Of a stretch of 32,000 bases of DNA, positions 1 through 12,865 are shown one piece after another. Numbering within the stretch: the stretch's first letter is position 1; each line of letters starts with the position of its first letter. The position numbers and the translations under genes were made by a program. Under the pieces are notes generated by a model, which saw nothing but the letters and a program-made list of their open reading frames with translations, was not told the origin of the DNA and did no database searches. The stretch covers positions 810,001-842,000 of the forward strand of contig NC_000962.3 in NCBI RefSeq assembly GCF_000195955.2, written 5' to 3'. This DNA comes from Mycobacterium tuberculosis H37Rv. Lineage in GTDB: Bacteria; Actinomycetota; Actinomycetes; Mycobacteriales; Mycobacteriaceae.

Positions 1-26
1 CGGGAGCCTCGCCAGAACACAAACAC

Positions 27-887
27 ATGTCGCGGCGAAAGCACCTCGTGCTCGATGTCTGCATCATCCTGGGTGTTCTCATTGCCTACGTCTTTTCGCT
101 GCTCGGCTACGACTGGTTGGCCCACACACCGGGTCCGCTTCCGCAGCCGGACGTGGGCACGACTGACGACACCGTGGTTTTGATCCGCTTCGAGGAGCTG
201 CACACTGTGGCAAATCGCCTCGATGTGAAAGTGCTGGTGCTGCCCGACGATTCGATGATCGACCATCGCCTCCAAGTGTTGACTACCGACACCTCGGTGC
301 GGTTGTATCCGGAGAACGAACTCGGAGATCTGCAGTACCCGGTAGGAAAGCTGCCCGCGCAAGTAGCGACCACGATCGAGGCGCACGGCAACCCGGGCGC
401 CTGGCCATTCGATACATACACCACCGATACGGTCCAGGCCGATGTGCTCGTCGGCGCTGGCGACAACCGTCAATACGTACCCGCCCGGGTCGAAGTGACC
501 GGATCGCTGGAAGGCTGGGACATCAGCGCCGTCCGCGTCGGGGAAAGCAGCCAAACCTCTGATCGCCCGGACAATGTCATCATCACCCTGAAGAGGGCCA
601 AGGGTCCGCTGGTTTTCGACCTGGGCATCTGCCTGGTGCTGATCACATTGCCGACGTTGGCCTTGTTCGTGGCCATCCAGATGATTACCGGCCGCAGAAA
701 ATTCCAACCACCGTTCGGCACTTGGTACGCCGCGATGTTGTTCGCTGTCGTGCCGCTGCGCACTATTCTCCCGGGCTCGCCGCCGGCGGGTGCGTGGATT
801 GACCGGGCCGTTGTGATCTGGGTGCTCATAGCGCTGGCGGCGGCGATGGTGGTGTACATCGTCGCCTGGTACCGAGAATCGGACTAA
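27..887 (+). CDS. Conserved transmembrane protein (Rv0713-like); the frame is open to the window edge, so the N-terminus may be upstream
   Basis: 286 aa ORF with an N-terminal hydrophobic helix and three C-terminal hydrophobic segments (ICLVLITLPTLALFVAIQM, WYAAMLFAVVPL, AVVIWVLIALAAAMVVYIVAW); located upstream of the ribosomal block. Confidence 0.8.
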   Translation: MSRRKHLVLDVCIILGVLIAYVFSLLGYDWLAHTPGPLPQPDVGTTDDTVVLIRFEELHTVANRLDVKVLVLPDDSMIDHRLQVLTTDTSVRLYPENELGDLQYPVGKLPAQVATTIEAHGNPGAWPFDTYTTDTVQADVLVGAGDNRQYVPARVEVTGSLEGWDISAVRVGESSQTSDRPDNVIITLKRAKGPLVFDLGICLVLITLPTLALFVAIQMITGRRKFQPPFGTWYAAMLFAVVPLRTILPGSPPAGAWIDRAVVIWVLIALAAAMVVYIVAWYRESD

Positions 888-1372
888 GGCGGGCGTCAGA
901 TGGCTTCTGTCGACGCGTCCGGAGGGTTTCCGCTGGATTTCATAAACAGGCGCTAGCGCGGTGTCCAACGATACGATTGGGGCCCATGCGGCCCGACGAG
1001 ATCGGCTCGCTGCGGGCCGGCCTGGCGGCTGTTGCGCGGTGAACTCAAAACGCGTTGACGCCGGATCAGCTATCCGATGATTCAGGCGGAGATCTCGACG
1101 ATCGTGGGCGCTACCGCCAATCCGGTATCCGGGTAGATCATGATCGACATGGGTTGATCTGCCCTGGTGGGGCGGACTCACATTAGCGAAATTTTGCGCT
1201 GAGTAGGTCGTCCCCTAAACTTCAGGGGTTGCCGTGAGCAGACCTCGGCCGGCGCGCATAAGCTTTGCTTGGTCGGCCCCGCGTGCCCGTCGGCGACAAA
1301 GACCGCGCACGTCAGGGATGGTCCTGGCTGGCTCCTCCTACCGTGCACACGTCAACCAGGTCAGGAGATCTA

Positions 1373-1741
1373 GTGATTCAGCAGGAATCGCGGCTGAAGG
1401 TCGCCGACAACACCGGCGCCAAGGAGATCTTGTGCATCCGGGTGCTGGGCGGTTCGTCGCGACGCTACGCCGGCATCGGTGACGTCATCGTCGCCACCGT
1501 GAAGGACGCCATTCCGGGCGGCAACGTTAAGCGGGGGGATGTCGTCAAGGCCGTCGTGGTGCGCACAGTCAAGGAACGCCGACGTCCCGACGGCAGCTAC
1601 ATCAAGTTCGACGAGAACGCCGCGGTGATCATCAAGCCCGACAACGACCCGCGCGGCACCCGCATTTTTGGACCGGTCGGTCGCGAGCTGCGGGAGAAGC
1701 GGTTTATGAAGATCATTTCGCTGGCCCCGGAGGTGTTGTAG
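1373..1741 (+). CDS. rplN: 50S ribosomal protein L14
   Basis: GTG start inside ORF 1265..1741; [43 protein letters not shown] is classic uL14; 122 aa. Confidence 0.98.
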
Positions 1742-2059
1742 ATGAAGGTCCACAAAGGCGACACCGTGCTGGTGATTTCGGGCAAAGATAAAGGGGCCAA
1801 GGGCAAAGTCTTGCAGGCGTATCCGGACCGCAACCGGGTATTGGTCGAGGGTGTCAACCGGATCAAGAAGCACACCGCGATCTCGACCACCCAGCGGGGC
1901 GCGCGTTCGGGTGGGATCGTCACCCAGGAAGCGCCGATCCATGTCTCCAACGTGATGGTGGTTGACTCCGACGGCAAGCCCACCCGAATCGGCTATCGGG
2001 TCGACGAGGAGACCGGCAAGCGCGTCCGTATCTCCAAGCGCAACGGCAAGGACATTTGA
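1742..2059 (+). CDS. rplX: 50S ribosomal protein L24
   Basis: [44 protein letters not shown]; immediately follows rplN. Confidence 0.98.
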
Positions 2060-2622
2060 TGACCACTGCACAGAAGGTTCAGCCGCGCCTCAAGGAGCGC
2101 TACCGCAGTGAGATTCGGGATGCGCTGCGCAAGCAGTTCGGCTACGGCAATGTCATGCAGATCCCGACGGTGACGAAAGTCGTCGTCAACATGGGTGTCG
2201 GCGAGGCCGCCCGGGACGCCAAGTTGATCAACGGGGCGGTCAACGATTTGGCGCTGATCACCGGGCAGAAGCCGGAAGTCCGCCGGGCGCGCAAGTCCAT
2301 CGCGCAGTTCAAATTGCGTGAGGGCATGCCGGTGGGCGTCCGAGTCACGCTGCGCGGTGACCGGATGTGGGAGTTCCTTGACCGGCTCACGTCGATCGCA
2401 CTGCCACGCATCCGTGACTTCCGTGGGCTTTCGCCCAAACAGTTCGACGGTGTGGGCAACTACACCTTCGGGCTGGCCGAGCAGGCGGTATTCCACGAGG
2501 TCGACGTGGACAAGATTGACCGGGTCCGTGGCATGGACATCAACGTCGTCACTTCCGCGGCGACCGACGACGAAGGCCGAGCGCTGTTGCGGGCCCTCGG
2601 CTTTCCCTTCAAGGAGAACTGA
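2059..2622 (+). CDS. rplE: 50S ribosomal protein L5
   Basis: [50 protein letters not shown]; ATG overlaps the rplX stop by one base (TGATG). Confidence 0.98.
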
Positions 2623-2626
2623 GCAG

Positions 2627-2812
2627 ATGGCGAAGAAGGCACTGGTCAACAAGGCCGCAGGCAAACCGAGGTTTGCCGTGCGCGCCTACACCCGTTGCAG
2701 CAAGTGCGGCCGCCCGCGTGCGGTCTACCGCAAGTTCGGGCTGTGCAGGATTTGCCTGCGCGAGATGGCGCACGCGGGTGAGTTGCCCGGCGTGCAGAAG
2801 AGCAGCTGGTAA
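2627..2812 (+). CDS. rpsN1: 30S ribosomal protein S14, zinc-binding type
   Basis: 61 aa [61 protein letters not shown] with CxxC...CxxC. Confidence 0.98.
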   Translation: MAKKALVNKAAGKPRFAVRAYTRCSKCGRPRAVYRKFGLCRICLREMAHAGELPGVQKSSW

Positions 2813-2834
2813 CGGGACACGGGGACTAGAACAT

Positions 2835-2975
2835 ATGACCGCGCTGACGACGATGCAGTGGGGGTACCCCCAGACGCGCAGCGGCGAGGGGGCCGCAAGC
2901 GATGAGGAGGAGTAGCGCTCGATGACCGCGCTGACGACGATGCAGAGCGCAAGCGATGAGGAGGAGTAGCGCTCG
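2835..2975 (+). repeat. MIRU-like tandem duplication: an 87 bp unit (2835-2921) followed by a 54 bp unit (2922-2975)
   Basis: Both units start ATGACCGCGCTGACGACGATGCAG and end GCAAGCGATGAGGAGGAGTAGCGCTCG; unit 1 has 36 nt where unit 2 has 3 nt. Confidence 0.85.
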
Positions 2976-3374
2976 ATGACGATGACGGACCCGATCGCAG
3001 ACTTTTTGACCCGTCTGCGTAACGCCAACTCGGCGTATCACGACGAGGTCAGCTTGCCGCACTCCAAGCTCAAGGCCAACATCGCGCAGATTCTCAAGAA
3101 CGAGGGGTACATCAGCGACTTCCGAACCGAGGACGCTCGGGTCGGTAAATCGCTGGTTATCCAGCTCAAGTACGGCCCTAGCCGGGAGCGCAGCATCGCC
3201 GGGTTGCGGCGGGTGTCCAAGCCCGGCCTGCGGGTGTACGCGAAATCCACCAATCTGCCGCGGGTGCTCGGCGGCCTGGGCGTGGCGATCATCTCGACCT
3301 CCTCGGGCCTGCTGACTGACCGGCAGGCAGCTAGACAGGGCGTGGGCGGCGAAGTCCTCGCATATGTCTGGTGA
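2976..3374 (+). CDS. rpsH: 30S ribosomal protein S8
   Basis: [46 protein letters not shown]; 132 aa. Confidence 0.98.
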
Positions 3375-3397
3375 GAGTGTGGTGAGAGGAAGCAACC

Positions 3398-3937
3398 ATG
3401 TCGCGTATTGGTAAGCAGCCGATTCCGGTGCCCGCCGGGGTCGACGTCACGATCGAGGGACAGAGCATCTCGGTTAAGGGGCCCAAGGGCACCCTAGGAC
3501 TGACGGTCGCCGAGCCAATCAAAGTGGCACGCAATGACGACGGCGCTATCGTGGTCACCCGTCCCGACGATGAGCGGCGTAATCGCTCCTTACACGGGCT
3601 GTCCCGTACCCTGGTGTCCAACCTGGTCACTGGCGTGACGCAGGGGTACACCACCAAGATGGAGATCTTCGGGGTTGGCTATCGGGTGCAGCTCAAGGGC
3701 TCCAATCTGGAGTTTGCGCTGGGGTACAGCCACCCGGTGGTGATCGAGGCTCCCGAAGGAATCACGTTCGCCGTCCAGGCACCGACGAAGTTCACCGTTT
3801 CCGGGATCGACAAACAAAAAGTCGGCCAGATCGCCGCCAATATCCGCCGTCTTCGCCGTCCCGATCCGTACAAGGGCAAGGGCGTGCGCTACGAGGGCGA
3901 GCAGATCCGCCGCAAGGTCGGAAAGACAGGTAAGTAG
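3398..3937 (+). CDS. rplF: 50S ribosomal protein L6
   Basis: [33 protein letters not shown]; 179 aa. Confidence 0.98.
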
Positions 3938-3939
3938 CC

Positions 3940-4308
3940 ATGGCGCAATCAGTTTCCGCGACTCGACGAATCTCCCGCCTGCGCCGGCACACGCGGCTGC
4001 GGAAGAAGCTCTCGGGCACCGCGGAGCGCCCGCGGCTGGTGGTGCATCGGTCCGCGCGGCACATCCACGTGCAACTGGTGAACGACCTCAACGGCACCAC
4101 CGTGGCCGCCGCTTCGTCGATCGAGGCCGATGTGCGCGGCGTGCCGGGTGACAAAAAGGCCCGCAGTGTGCGGGTCGGCCAGTTGATCGCCGAGCGGGCC
4201 AAAGCCGCCGGCATCGACACCGTGGTATTCGACCGCGGCGGGTATACCTACGGCGGACGAATCGCCGCGCTGGCCGACGCCGCACGCGAGAACGGATTGA
4301 GTTTCTGA
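3940..4308 (+). CDS. rplR: 50S ribosomal protein L18
   Basis: [46 protein letters not shown]; 122 aa. Confidence 0.98.
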
Positions 4309-4327
4309 TGAACGGGAGGACCGCATA

Positions 4328-4990
4328 ATGGCGGAGCAGCCGGCCGGACAGGCAGGCACTACCGACAACCGTGACGCACGGGGTGATCGGGAGGGCCGGC
4401 GCCGCGACAGCGGCCGCGGCAGTCGTGAACGGGATGGCGAGAAGAGCAACTATCTAGAGCGGGTCGTCGCCATCAACCGCGTCTCCAAGGTGGTCAAGGG
4501 TGGTCGGCGCTTCAGCTTCACCGCTTTGGTCATCGTGGGCGACGGTAACGGGATGGTCGGTGTCGGCTACGGCAAGGCCAAGGAAGTACCGGCCGCGATC
4601 GCCAAGGGCGTCGAAGAGGCGCGCAAAAGCTTCTTCCGGGTACCGCTGATCGGCGGCACCATCACGCACCCGGTGCAGGGCGAGGCGGCCGCCGGTGTGG
4701 TGTTGCTACGGCCGGCCAGCCCGGGTACCGGTGTGATCGCCGGTGGTGCGGCCCGCGCGGTGCTGGAATGTGCGGGGGTGCACGACATCTTGGCCAAGTC
4801 GCTGGGCAGTGACAACGCGATCAATGTGGTGCACGCCACCGTGGCCGCGCTCAAGCTGCTGCAGCGTCCGGAGGAGGTGGCGGCGCGCCGCGGTTTGCCG
4901 ATAGAGGACGTCGCCCCGGCCGGGATGCTGAAGGCGCGTCGGAAAAGTGAAGCGCTGGCCGCCAGCGTTTTGCCGGATAGAACGATATAG
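4328..4990 (+). CDS. rpsE: 30S ribosomal protein S5
   Basis: [59 protein letters not shown]; 220 aa. Confidence 0.98.
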
Positions 4991-4992
4991 CC

Positions 4993-5190
4993 ATGTCACA
5001 GCTGAAGATCACCCAGGTGCGCAGCACCATCGGAGCACGCTGGAAGCAGCGCGAGAGCCTGCGCACTCTGGGCTTACGAAGGATTCGTCATTCGGTGATC
5101 CGCGAAGACAACGCAGCGACTCGCGGACTGATCGCGGTGGTGCGTCACCTCGTGGAGGTTGAGCCCGCGCAGACCGGAGGGAAGACATAG
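4993..5190 (+). CDS. rpmD: 50S ribosomal protein L30
   Basis: [40 protein letters not shown]; 65 aa. Confidence 0.97.
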
Positions 5191-5630
5191 TGACGCTCAA
5201 GCTGCATGACCTGCGCCCCGCGCGGGGGTCCAAGATCGCCCGCACCCGAGTCGGTCGAGGTGACGGCTCCAAGGGCAAGACGGCCGGCCGTGGCACCAAG
5301 GGCACCAGGGCCCGCAAGCAGGTGCCGGTGACCTTCGAGGGCGGGCAGATGCCGATCCACATGCGGCTGCCCAAGCTCAAGGGCTTCCGTAACCGGTTTC
5401 GCACCGAATACGAAATTGTCAACGTCGGCGACATCAACCGGCTGTTTCCGCAGGGTGGTGCCGTCGGCGTGGACGACCTGGTGGCCAAGGGGGCCGTCCG
5501 CAAGAACGCTCTGGTCAAGGTGTTGGGTGACGGCAAGCTGACCGCCAAGGTCGACGTGTCCGCGCACAAGTTCAGCGGCAGCGCGCGCGCGAAGATCACC
5601 GCAGCGGGCGGTTCAGCCACCGAGCTCTAG
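5190..5630 (+). CDS. rplO: 50S ribosomal protein L15
   Basis: GTG start overlapping the rpmD stop; [42 protein letters not shown]; 146 aa. Confidence 0.98.
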
Positions 5631-5637
5631 TTTCGGG

Positions 5638-5695
5638 CGAGCAGACGCAAAATGCCCCCGAAATGCCCATTTTCGGGGGCTTTTGCGTCTGCTCG
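5638..5695 (+). terminator. Long hairpin after rplO, probable transcription terminator and member of a dispersed inverted-repeat family
   Basis: Arms CGAGCAGACGCAAAATGCCCCCGAAA and TTTCGGGGGCTTTTGCGTCTGCTCG are reverse complementary over about 25 bp with one bulged T. Confidence 0.75.
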
Positions 5696-7534
5696 CGGGC
5701 CCTTGGCGGCCGGTGGGTACGCTGGGTGAATATGGTTGCCTTTCTGCCTTCCATTCCCGTTGTCGAGGACCTACGCGCCCTGGTCGGCCGGGTTGATACC
5801 GCCCGCCACCACGGTGTACCCAACGGCTGCGTGCTCGAATTCAACCTGCGATCGGTGCCGCCGGAGACGACGGGCTTCGACCCTCTTACGGTGCTCACCG
5901 GGGGTGGGCGGCCGATGGCGCTGCGCGATGCGGTCGCCGCGATCCACCGTGCCGCCGAGGACCCCCGGGTAGCCGGGCTGATAGCCCGCGTGCAGCTTCC
6001 GCCCTCGCCGGCGGGGGCGGTTCAGGAGCTGCGGGAGGCCATCGCGGCCTTCAGTGCGGTCAAGCCGTCGCTGGCCTGGGCCGAAACTTATCCGGGCACC
6101 CTGTCCTACTATCTGGCTTCGGCGTTCGGTGAGGTCTGGATGCAACCCTCGGGGAGTGTGGGGCTGGTCGGCTTCGCCACCAACGCCACATTCCTGCGCG
6201 ACGCCCTGCACAAGGCGGGCATCGAGGCCCAGTTCGTCGCCCGGGGCGAATACAAGTCGGCGGCAAACCTTTTCACCGAGGATGGCTTCACAGACGCCCA
6301 CCGCGAAGCGGTCACGCGGATGCTGGACAGTCTGCAGGACCAGGTGTGGCAGGCGGTCGCCAAGTCGCGCAATATCGGCGTCGATGCGCTTGATGAGCTG
6401 GCTGACCGGGCTCCGCTATTGCGGGACGACGCCGTGACTTGCGGTCTGATCGACCGGATCGGATTTCGCGACCAAGCCTACGCCCGTATGGCGGAATTGG
6501 TTGGTGTGGAAAAAGGTTCACCGGAATCCAGTGGCTCGCAAACAAGCCCAGACGAAAAGCCGCCGCGGATGTACCTGGCGCGCTACGCCAGTTCGGCCCG
6601 GCCACGGCTGACGCCCCCCGTCCCATCGATTCCTGGTCGCCGGTCCAAGCCGACGATCGCGGTGGTGACCCTGGAAGGCCCGATCGTCAACGGTCGTGGT
6701 GGGCCCCAGTTTCTGCCGCTCGGTCCGTCGAGCGCCGGCGGTGACACCATCGCGGCAGCGCTGCGGGAGGTGGCCGCCGACGATTCGGTGTCGGCGATAG
6801 TGCTGCGGGTCGACAGTCCGGGGGGCTCGGTCACCGCATCGGAGACTATCTGGCGTGAGGTGGCCAGGGCCCGCGACCGTGGCAAACCGGTGGTGGCGTC
6901 GATGGGTGCGGTCGCCGCCTCCGGTGGCTATTACGTGTCGATGGGTGCCGACGCCATCGTGGCCAACCCGGGCACCATCACCGGGTCGATCGGTGTGATC
7001 ACCGGAAAGCTGGTGGTTCGGGATCTCAAGGACCGGTTGGGTGTCGGGTCGGATGCGGTGCGCACCAACGCTAATGCCGATGCCTGGTCGATCGACGCAC
7101 CCTTCACCCCGGACCAGCAGGCCCATCGCGAGGCGGAGGCGGACTTGTTCTACAGCGACTTCGTGGAACGCGTCGCCGAGGGCCGCAAGATGACTACCGA
7201 CGCCGTGGACGTCGTTGCGCGAGGCCGGGTCTGGACCGGTGCCGACGCTCTCGATCGCGGCCTGGTCGACGAACTCGGCGGCCTTCGAACCGCGGTGCGT
7301 CGCGCGAAGGTGCTAGCCGGACTAGATGAGGACACCGAGGTTCGCATAGTCAGTTATCCGGGGTCGTCACTCTGGGACATGGTGCGACCGCGTCCGTCGT
7401 CACGACCGGCAGCGGCATCGCTGCCGGATGCTATGGGTGCGCTGCTTGCCCGTTCGATCGTCGGCATCGTCGAGCAGGTGGAACAGACTCTCAGTGGTGC
7501 CAGCGTGTTGTGGCTGGGGGAGTCGCGCCTCTAG
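5663..7534 (+). CDS. sppA: Signal peptide peptidase SppA, S49 family (protease IV); the likely true start is GTG 5726 or ATG 5732
   Basis: Tandem S49 domains; [21 protein letters not shown] and [37 protein letters not shown]. Confidence 0.93.
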   Translation: MPIFGGFCVCSRALGGRWVRWVNMVAFLPSIPVVEDLRALVGRVDTARHHGVPNGCVLEFNLRSVPPETTGFDPLTVLTGGGRPMALRDAVAAIHRAAEDPRVAGLIARVQLPPSPAGAVQELREAIAAFSAVKPSLAWAETYPGTLSYYLASAFGEVWMQPSGSVGLVGFATNATFLRDALHKAGIEAQFVARGEYKSAANLFTEDGFTDAHREAVTRMLDSLQDQVWQAVAKSRNIGVDALDELADRAPLLRDDAVTCGLIDRIGFRDQAYARMAELVGVEKGSPESSGSQTSPDEKPPRMYLARYASSARPRLTPPVPSIPGRRSKPTIAVVTLEGPIVNGRGGPQFLPLGPSSAGGDTIAAALREVAADDSVSAIVLRVDSPGGSVTASETIWREVARARDRGKPVVASMGAVAASGGYYVSMGADAIVANPGTITGSIGVITGKLVVRDLKDRLGVGSDAVRTNANADAWSIDAPFTPDQQAHREAEADLFYSDFVERVAEGRKMTTDAVDVVARGRVWTGADALDRGLVDELGGLRTAVRRAKVLAGLDEDTEVRIVSYPGSSLWDMVRPRPSSRPAAASLPDAMGALLARSIVGIVEQVEQTLSGASVLWLGESRL

Positions 7535-7538
7535 CCGT

Positions 7539-8444
7539 TCAAACGACCGCTGATGAAGATGATTTCGCCGAGCGGATCGTCGTCGTGTGGGGCGGGAACG
7601 GGCAAACCATTGCGCCTGAATAGGTCGGTCCGCACTGTGCCCTCAACGTCCCAGCCCTTGGCGCGCAGGTAGTCGACGACGTGGCTGCGTTCGCCGGAAT
7701 ACACCAGCGACGCCATGTCGATGTCCACGCCGTGCTTGCGAAACGAATCCGCCATTTCTCGTACCCGGCCTGCGTCGAAATCCACAATGCCCGGGACAAG
7801 TTCGGTAGCGATCGTGCTGCCCGCAACACTGAGTTCGGTGCTGTTGTCGAACAACCGGTCCTGGGATCCGGCGGCAGGTAGATCAGCATGCCTTCGGCCA
7901 ACCATGCTGTCGGTGCCGTCGAGTCCAGGCCGGCAGCTTGCAGTGCCGCCGGCCAGTCCGCGCGCAAGTCGATGTACACCGTGCGCCGAATGGCGGTGGG
8001 CTTGGCGCCGATGCCGGCCAAGGTGGTTGTCTTGAAGTCGATCACCTGTGGTTGGTCGATCTCGTAGACCACGGTGCCGGCCGGCCACGGCAACCGATAG
8101 GCGCGCGCGTCCAACCCGGCTGCCAGGATCACCACTTGTCGCACTCCGCCGTCCGTGGCAGTGCGGAAGTAGTCGTCGAAGTACTTGGTGCGCACCGCTA
8201 TCCCGTCGATCATCGCCTGTGCCCGCCCCGGCGAAAGGTTCCCGGTCGTCGCGATATCGAGCTCGCCGTCGATCAACTTGGTGAAGAAATCCAGCCCGAC
8301 CGCGCGCACCAGCGGTTCGGCGAACGGGTCGTTGATCAAACCTCGTGGATCCTTGGTCGCCAACGCGCGTCCGGCAGCAACCATGGTCGCGGTAGCCCCG
8401 ACGCTGGAGGCTAGATCCCAGTTGTCGTCGTGAGCGCGCGGCAT
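7539..8444 (-). CDS. Class I SAM-dependent methyltransferase (Rv0725c-like), apparently frameshifted near 7866-7871; the paralog-like C-terminus is encoded in the adjacent frame ending at 7531
   Basis: [23 protein letters not shown] and [36 protein letters not shown]; homologous to the ORFs at 8537-9640 and 13683-14639. Confidence 0.85.
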   Translation of the reverse strand: MPRAHDDNWDLASSVGATATMVAAGRALATKDPRGLINDPFAEPLVRAVGLDFFTKLIDGELDIATTGNLSPGRAQAMIDGIAVRTKYFDDYFRTATDGGVRQVVILAAGLDARAYRLPWPAGTVVYEIDQPQVIDFKTTTLAGIGAKPTAIRRTVYIDLRADWPAALQAAGLDSTAPTAWLAEGMLIYLPPDPRTGCSTTAPNSVLRAARSLPNLSRALWISTQAGYEKWRIRFASTAWTSTWRRWCIPANAATSSTTCAPRAGTLRAQCGPTYSGAMVCPFPPHTTTIRSAKSSSSAVV

Positions 8445-8536
8445 CTGCGCCCTATGTCCGGGTCGCAGCGACGTAGTTCATTGTGCCGGGACGGCCGCTG
8501 CAGCGCTGAGGTCGGCCAGTGTACGCGACCGCCAAC

Positions 8537-10495
<1,959 letters not shown>

Positions 10496-10499
<4 letters not shown>

Positions 10500-11476
10500 G
10501 AGCCCAATACCTCCGGGTTGACGACATGGGCGGGCCTGTTGCCGGACAGCAGTGCGCCCAGGTCGTCGGCGACCATCCGCGCCTGCCGGGCCTCGGTGTT
10601 CCAGGTGGCCCCGCCGATGTGGGGGGTGAGGACGACATTGGGCATGCTCACCAAAGGGTGATCGGTCGGCAGCCATTCACCGGTGAAGTGGTCCAGGCCG
10701 GCGGCGGCCAGCTTGCCGCCACGCAGGGCGTCGACGAGCGCATCGGTGTCGCGCAGCTGGGACCGGGCGGTGTTGAGAAACACCGCACCGTCGCGCATGG
10801 CCGCGAACTGCTGGGCACCGATCATCCCGATCGTGTCGTCGGTGACCGCCGCGTGCATGGAGACGATGTCAGCCTCGGCCAGCAGCTCGTCAAGGCTGTG
10901 GCCGGCGTCGTCGCGGTAAGGATCGTGCGCGATGACCCGCAGGCCCAGCCCGGACAGCCTCCAGCGCACCGCGCGACCGACGGCACCCAGGCCCACCAGC
11001 CCGGCAGTCAGCCCGGCGATTTCGGCACCGCGGAACCGCTGATAGGGGATGGTGCCGTCGCGAAAGATGTTGCCGGACCGCACATCTGCGTCCGCGGGAA
11101 TCAGGTGCCGGGCGACGGCCAGCAACAGGGCCACCGTCATCTCGGCGACAGCGTCGGCGTTGCGAGCCGGGGTGTGCAGCACCGGTATGCCGGCCGCGGT
11201 GGCGCCGGGGATGTCGACGTTGCTGGGATCCCCGCGGGTGGCGGCGACCACCCGCAACCCCCGCTCGAACACCGGGCCACCGACCGAGTCACTTTCCACC
11301 ACAAGAACATCGGCGGCGACGGCGGTGATCCGGTCAGCTAGCTGCTCGGCGCTGTAGATTCGCAGCGGTCGCTGATCGATCCACGGGTCGTATACCACGT
11401 CGGCTAGCCGCCGGAGCTGGGCGAACCCCGGTCCACGCAATGGAGCCGTCACCAGAGCACGCGGTCGAGGCGTCAC
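10496..11476 (-). CDS. serA2: D-isomer specific 2-hydroxyacid dehydrogenase (phosphoglycerate dehydrogenase-like)
   Basis: AGLVGLGAVGRAVRWRLSGLGLRVIAHDPY (NAD-binding GxGxxG); TPHIGGATWNTEARQ; 4 nt overlap with fucA; GTG 11476 (ATG 11485 is an alternative). Confidence 0.92.
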
Positions 11477-11506
11477 GTTTGCCAATGCTGGCGTACGGTG
11501 GCGCCC

Positions 11507-12853
11507 GTGTCACGCGACGACGTCACAATCGGCATCGATATCGGCACCACCGCCGTCAAAGCGGTGGCCGCCGACGACAACGGTCGGGTGACGGCGCGGG
11601 TACGGATTGGCCACCAGCTGGCGGTGCCGGCCCCCGACCGGCTGGAGCACGACGCCGACGAAGCGTGGCGGCGGGGACCATTGGCAGCACTGGACCGGCT
11701 GGTCGGACCCGACACCCGGGCACTGGCCGTTGCCGCGATGGTGCCATCGCTGACCGCTGTCGATCCCGCTGGCCGGCCGATCACACCCGGGCTGCTGTAC
11801 GGCGACGCCAGGGGTCGGGTACCGAACGCCTCGGTGGCACGGGCGCAGTCGGTGCCGTCGGTGGGTGAGACCGCCGAGTTTCTGCGCTGGACGGCCGGCC
11901 AAGCGCTGGATGCGTCCGGGTACTGGCCGGCGCCGGCGGTGGCCAATTACGCCTTGTCGGGCGAAGCGGTCATCGACTATGCCACGGCCGTCACGACTCT
12001 CCCGTTGTTCGACGGGACGGGATGGAACGCGACCGCTTGCGCCGACTGCGGTGTGACCGTTGACCGGATGCCGCGGGTGGAGACGTTCGGAGTGGGAGTG
12101 GGGCAGGTGCGCGGCACCGGCGCGGTGCTGGCGGTCGGTGCCGTCGATGCCCTGTGCGAACAGATCGTGGCCGGCGCCGACCGCGACGGCGACGTGTTGG
12201 TGCTATGCGGCGCCACCTTGATCGTGTGGACCACCATCTCCGCGGCTCGTCAAGTGCCGGGTTTGTGGACCATCCCGCATACGGCACCGGGCAAGAGCCA
12301 GATCGGAGGGGCCAGCAACGCTGGTGGGTTGTTCCTCAACTGGGTGGATCGTGTTATTGGACCGGGCGATCCAGCGCTAGCCGATCCGCGGCGGGTGCCG
12401 GTGTGGCTGCCCTATATACGCGGCGAGCGCACCCCGTTCCATGAGCCCGATCGCCGGGCCGTGCTCGACGGTGTGGATCTCTCCCAGGACGCCGCATCGG
12501 TGCGGCGGGCCGCCTACGAGGCGTCGGGCTTCGTCGTGCGCCAGCTCATCGAGCTAAGCGGGGCGCCGGTGGCGCGCATCGTGGCGGCAGGCGGCGGCAC
12601 CCGGATACAGCCTTGGATGCAGGCTATCGCCGACGCGACCGGCCGGCCGGTGGAGGTGTCCAGGGTGGCCGAAGGGGCGGCACTGGGAGCGGCTTTCCTC
12701 GGCCGCTTGGCGGCCGGATTGGAATCGTCGATCGCCGACGCTGCCCGGTGGGCCTCAACCGACCGCATTGTCGAACCCAGTGCCGACTGGGCGGGGCCGA
12801 CCAAGGAACGCTATCGCCGGTTCCTGGCGCTCAGCGGCTCGAAGTTGGCCTGA
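11507..12853 (+). CDS. xylB: FGGY-family carbohydrate kinase, xylulokinase-like
   Basis: DVTIGIDIGTTAVKAVAADDNGRV phosphate-1 motif; VLCGATLIVWTTI; IVAAGGGTRIQPWMQAIADATGRPVEV; GTG start (a GTG at 11498 is also possible). Confidence 0.92.
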   Translation: MSRDDVTIGIDIGTTAVKAVAADDNGRVTARVRIGHQLAVPAPDRLEHDADEAWRRGPLAALDRLVGPDTRALAVAAMVPSLTAVDPAGRPITPGLLYGDARGRVPNASVARAQSVPSVGETAEFLRWTAGQALDASGYWPAPAVANYALSGEAVIDYATAVTTLPLFDGTGWNATACADCGVTVDRMPRVETFGVGVGQVRGTGAVLAVGAVDALCEQIVAGADRDGDVLVLCGATLIVWTTISAARQVPGLWTIPHTAPGKSQIGGASNAGGLFLNWVDRVIGPGDPALADPRRVPVWLPYIRGERTPFHEPDRRAVLDGVDLSQDAASVRRAAYEASGFVVRQLIELSGAPVARIVAAGGGTRIQPWMQAIADATGRPVEVSRVAEGAALGAAFLGRLAAGLESSIADAARWASTDRIVEPSADWAGPTKERYRRFLALSGSKLA

Positions 12854-12865
12854 CGGTGGACCAAG

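Noticed and set aside
888-1372. 485 bp gap before rplN considered for a hidden gene or RNA
   Set aside because: I found no convincing protein motif, strong hairpin or tRNA/rRNA; probably promoter/leader, but no specific site can be supported.
5009-5620. 203 aa antisense ORF over rpmD/rplO
   Set aside because: Shadow ORF of highly conserved ribosomal protein genes; no recognisable motif.
10500-10676. N-terminal extension of the fucA ORF (59 aa)
   Set aside because: It overlaps the serA2 3' end out of frame and lacks aldolase similarity; ATG 10499 gives a canonical length.
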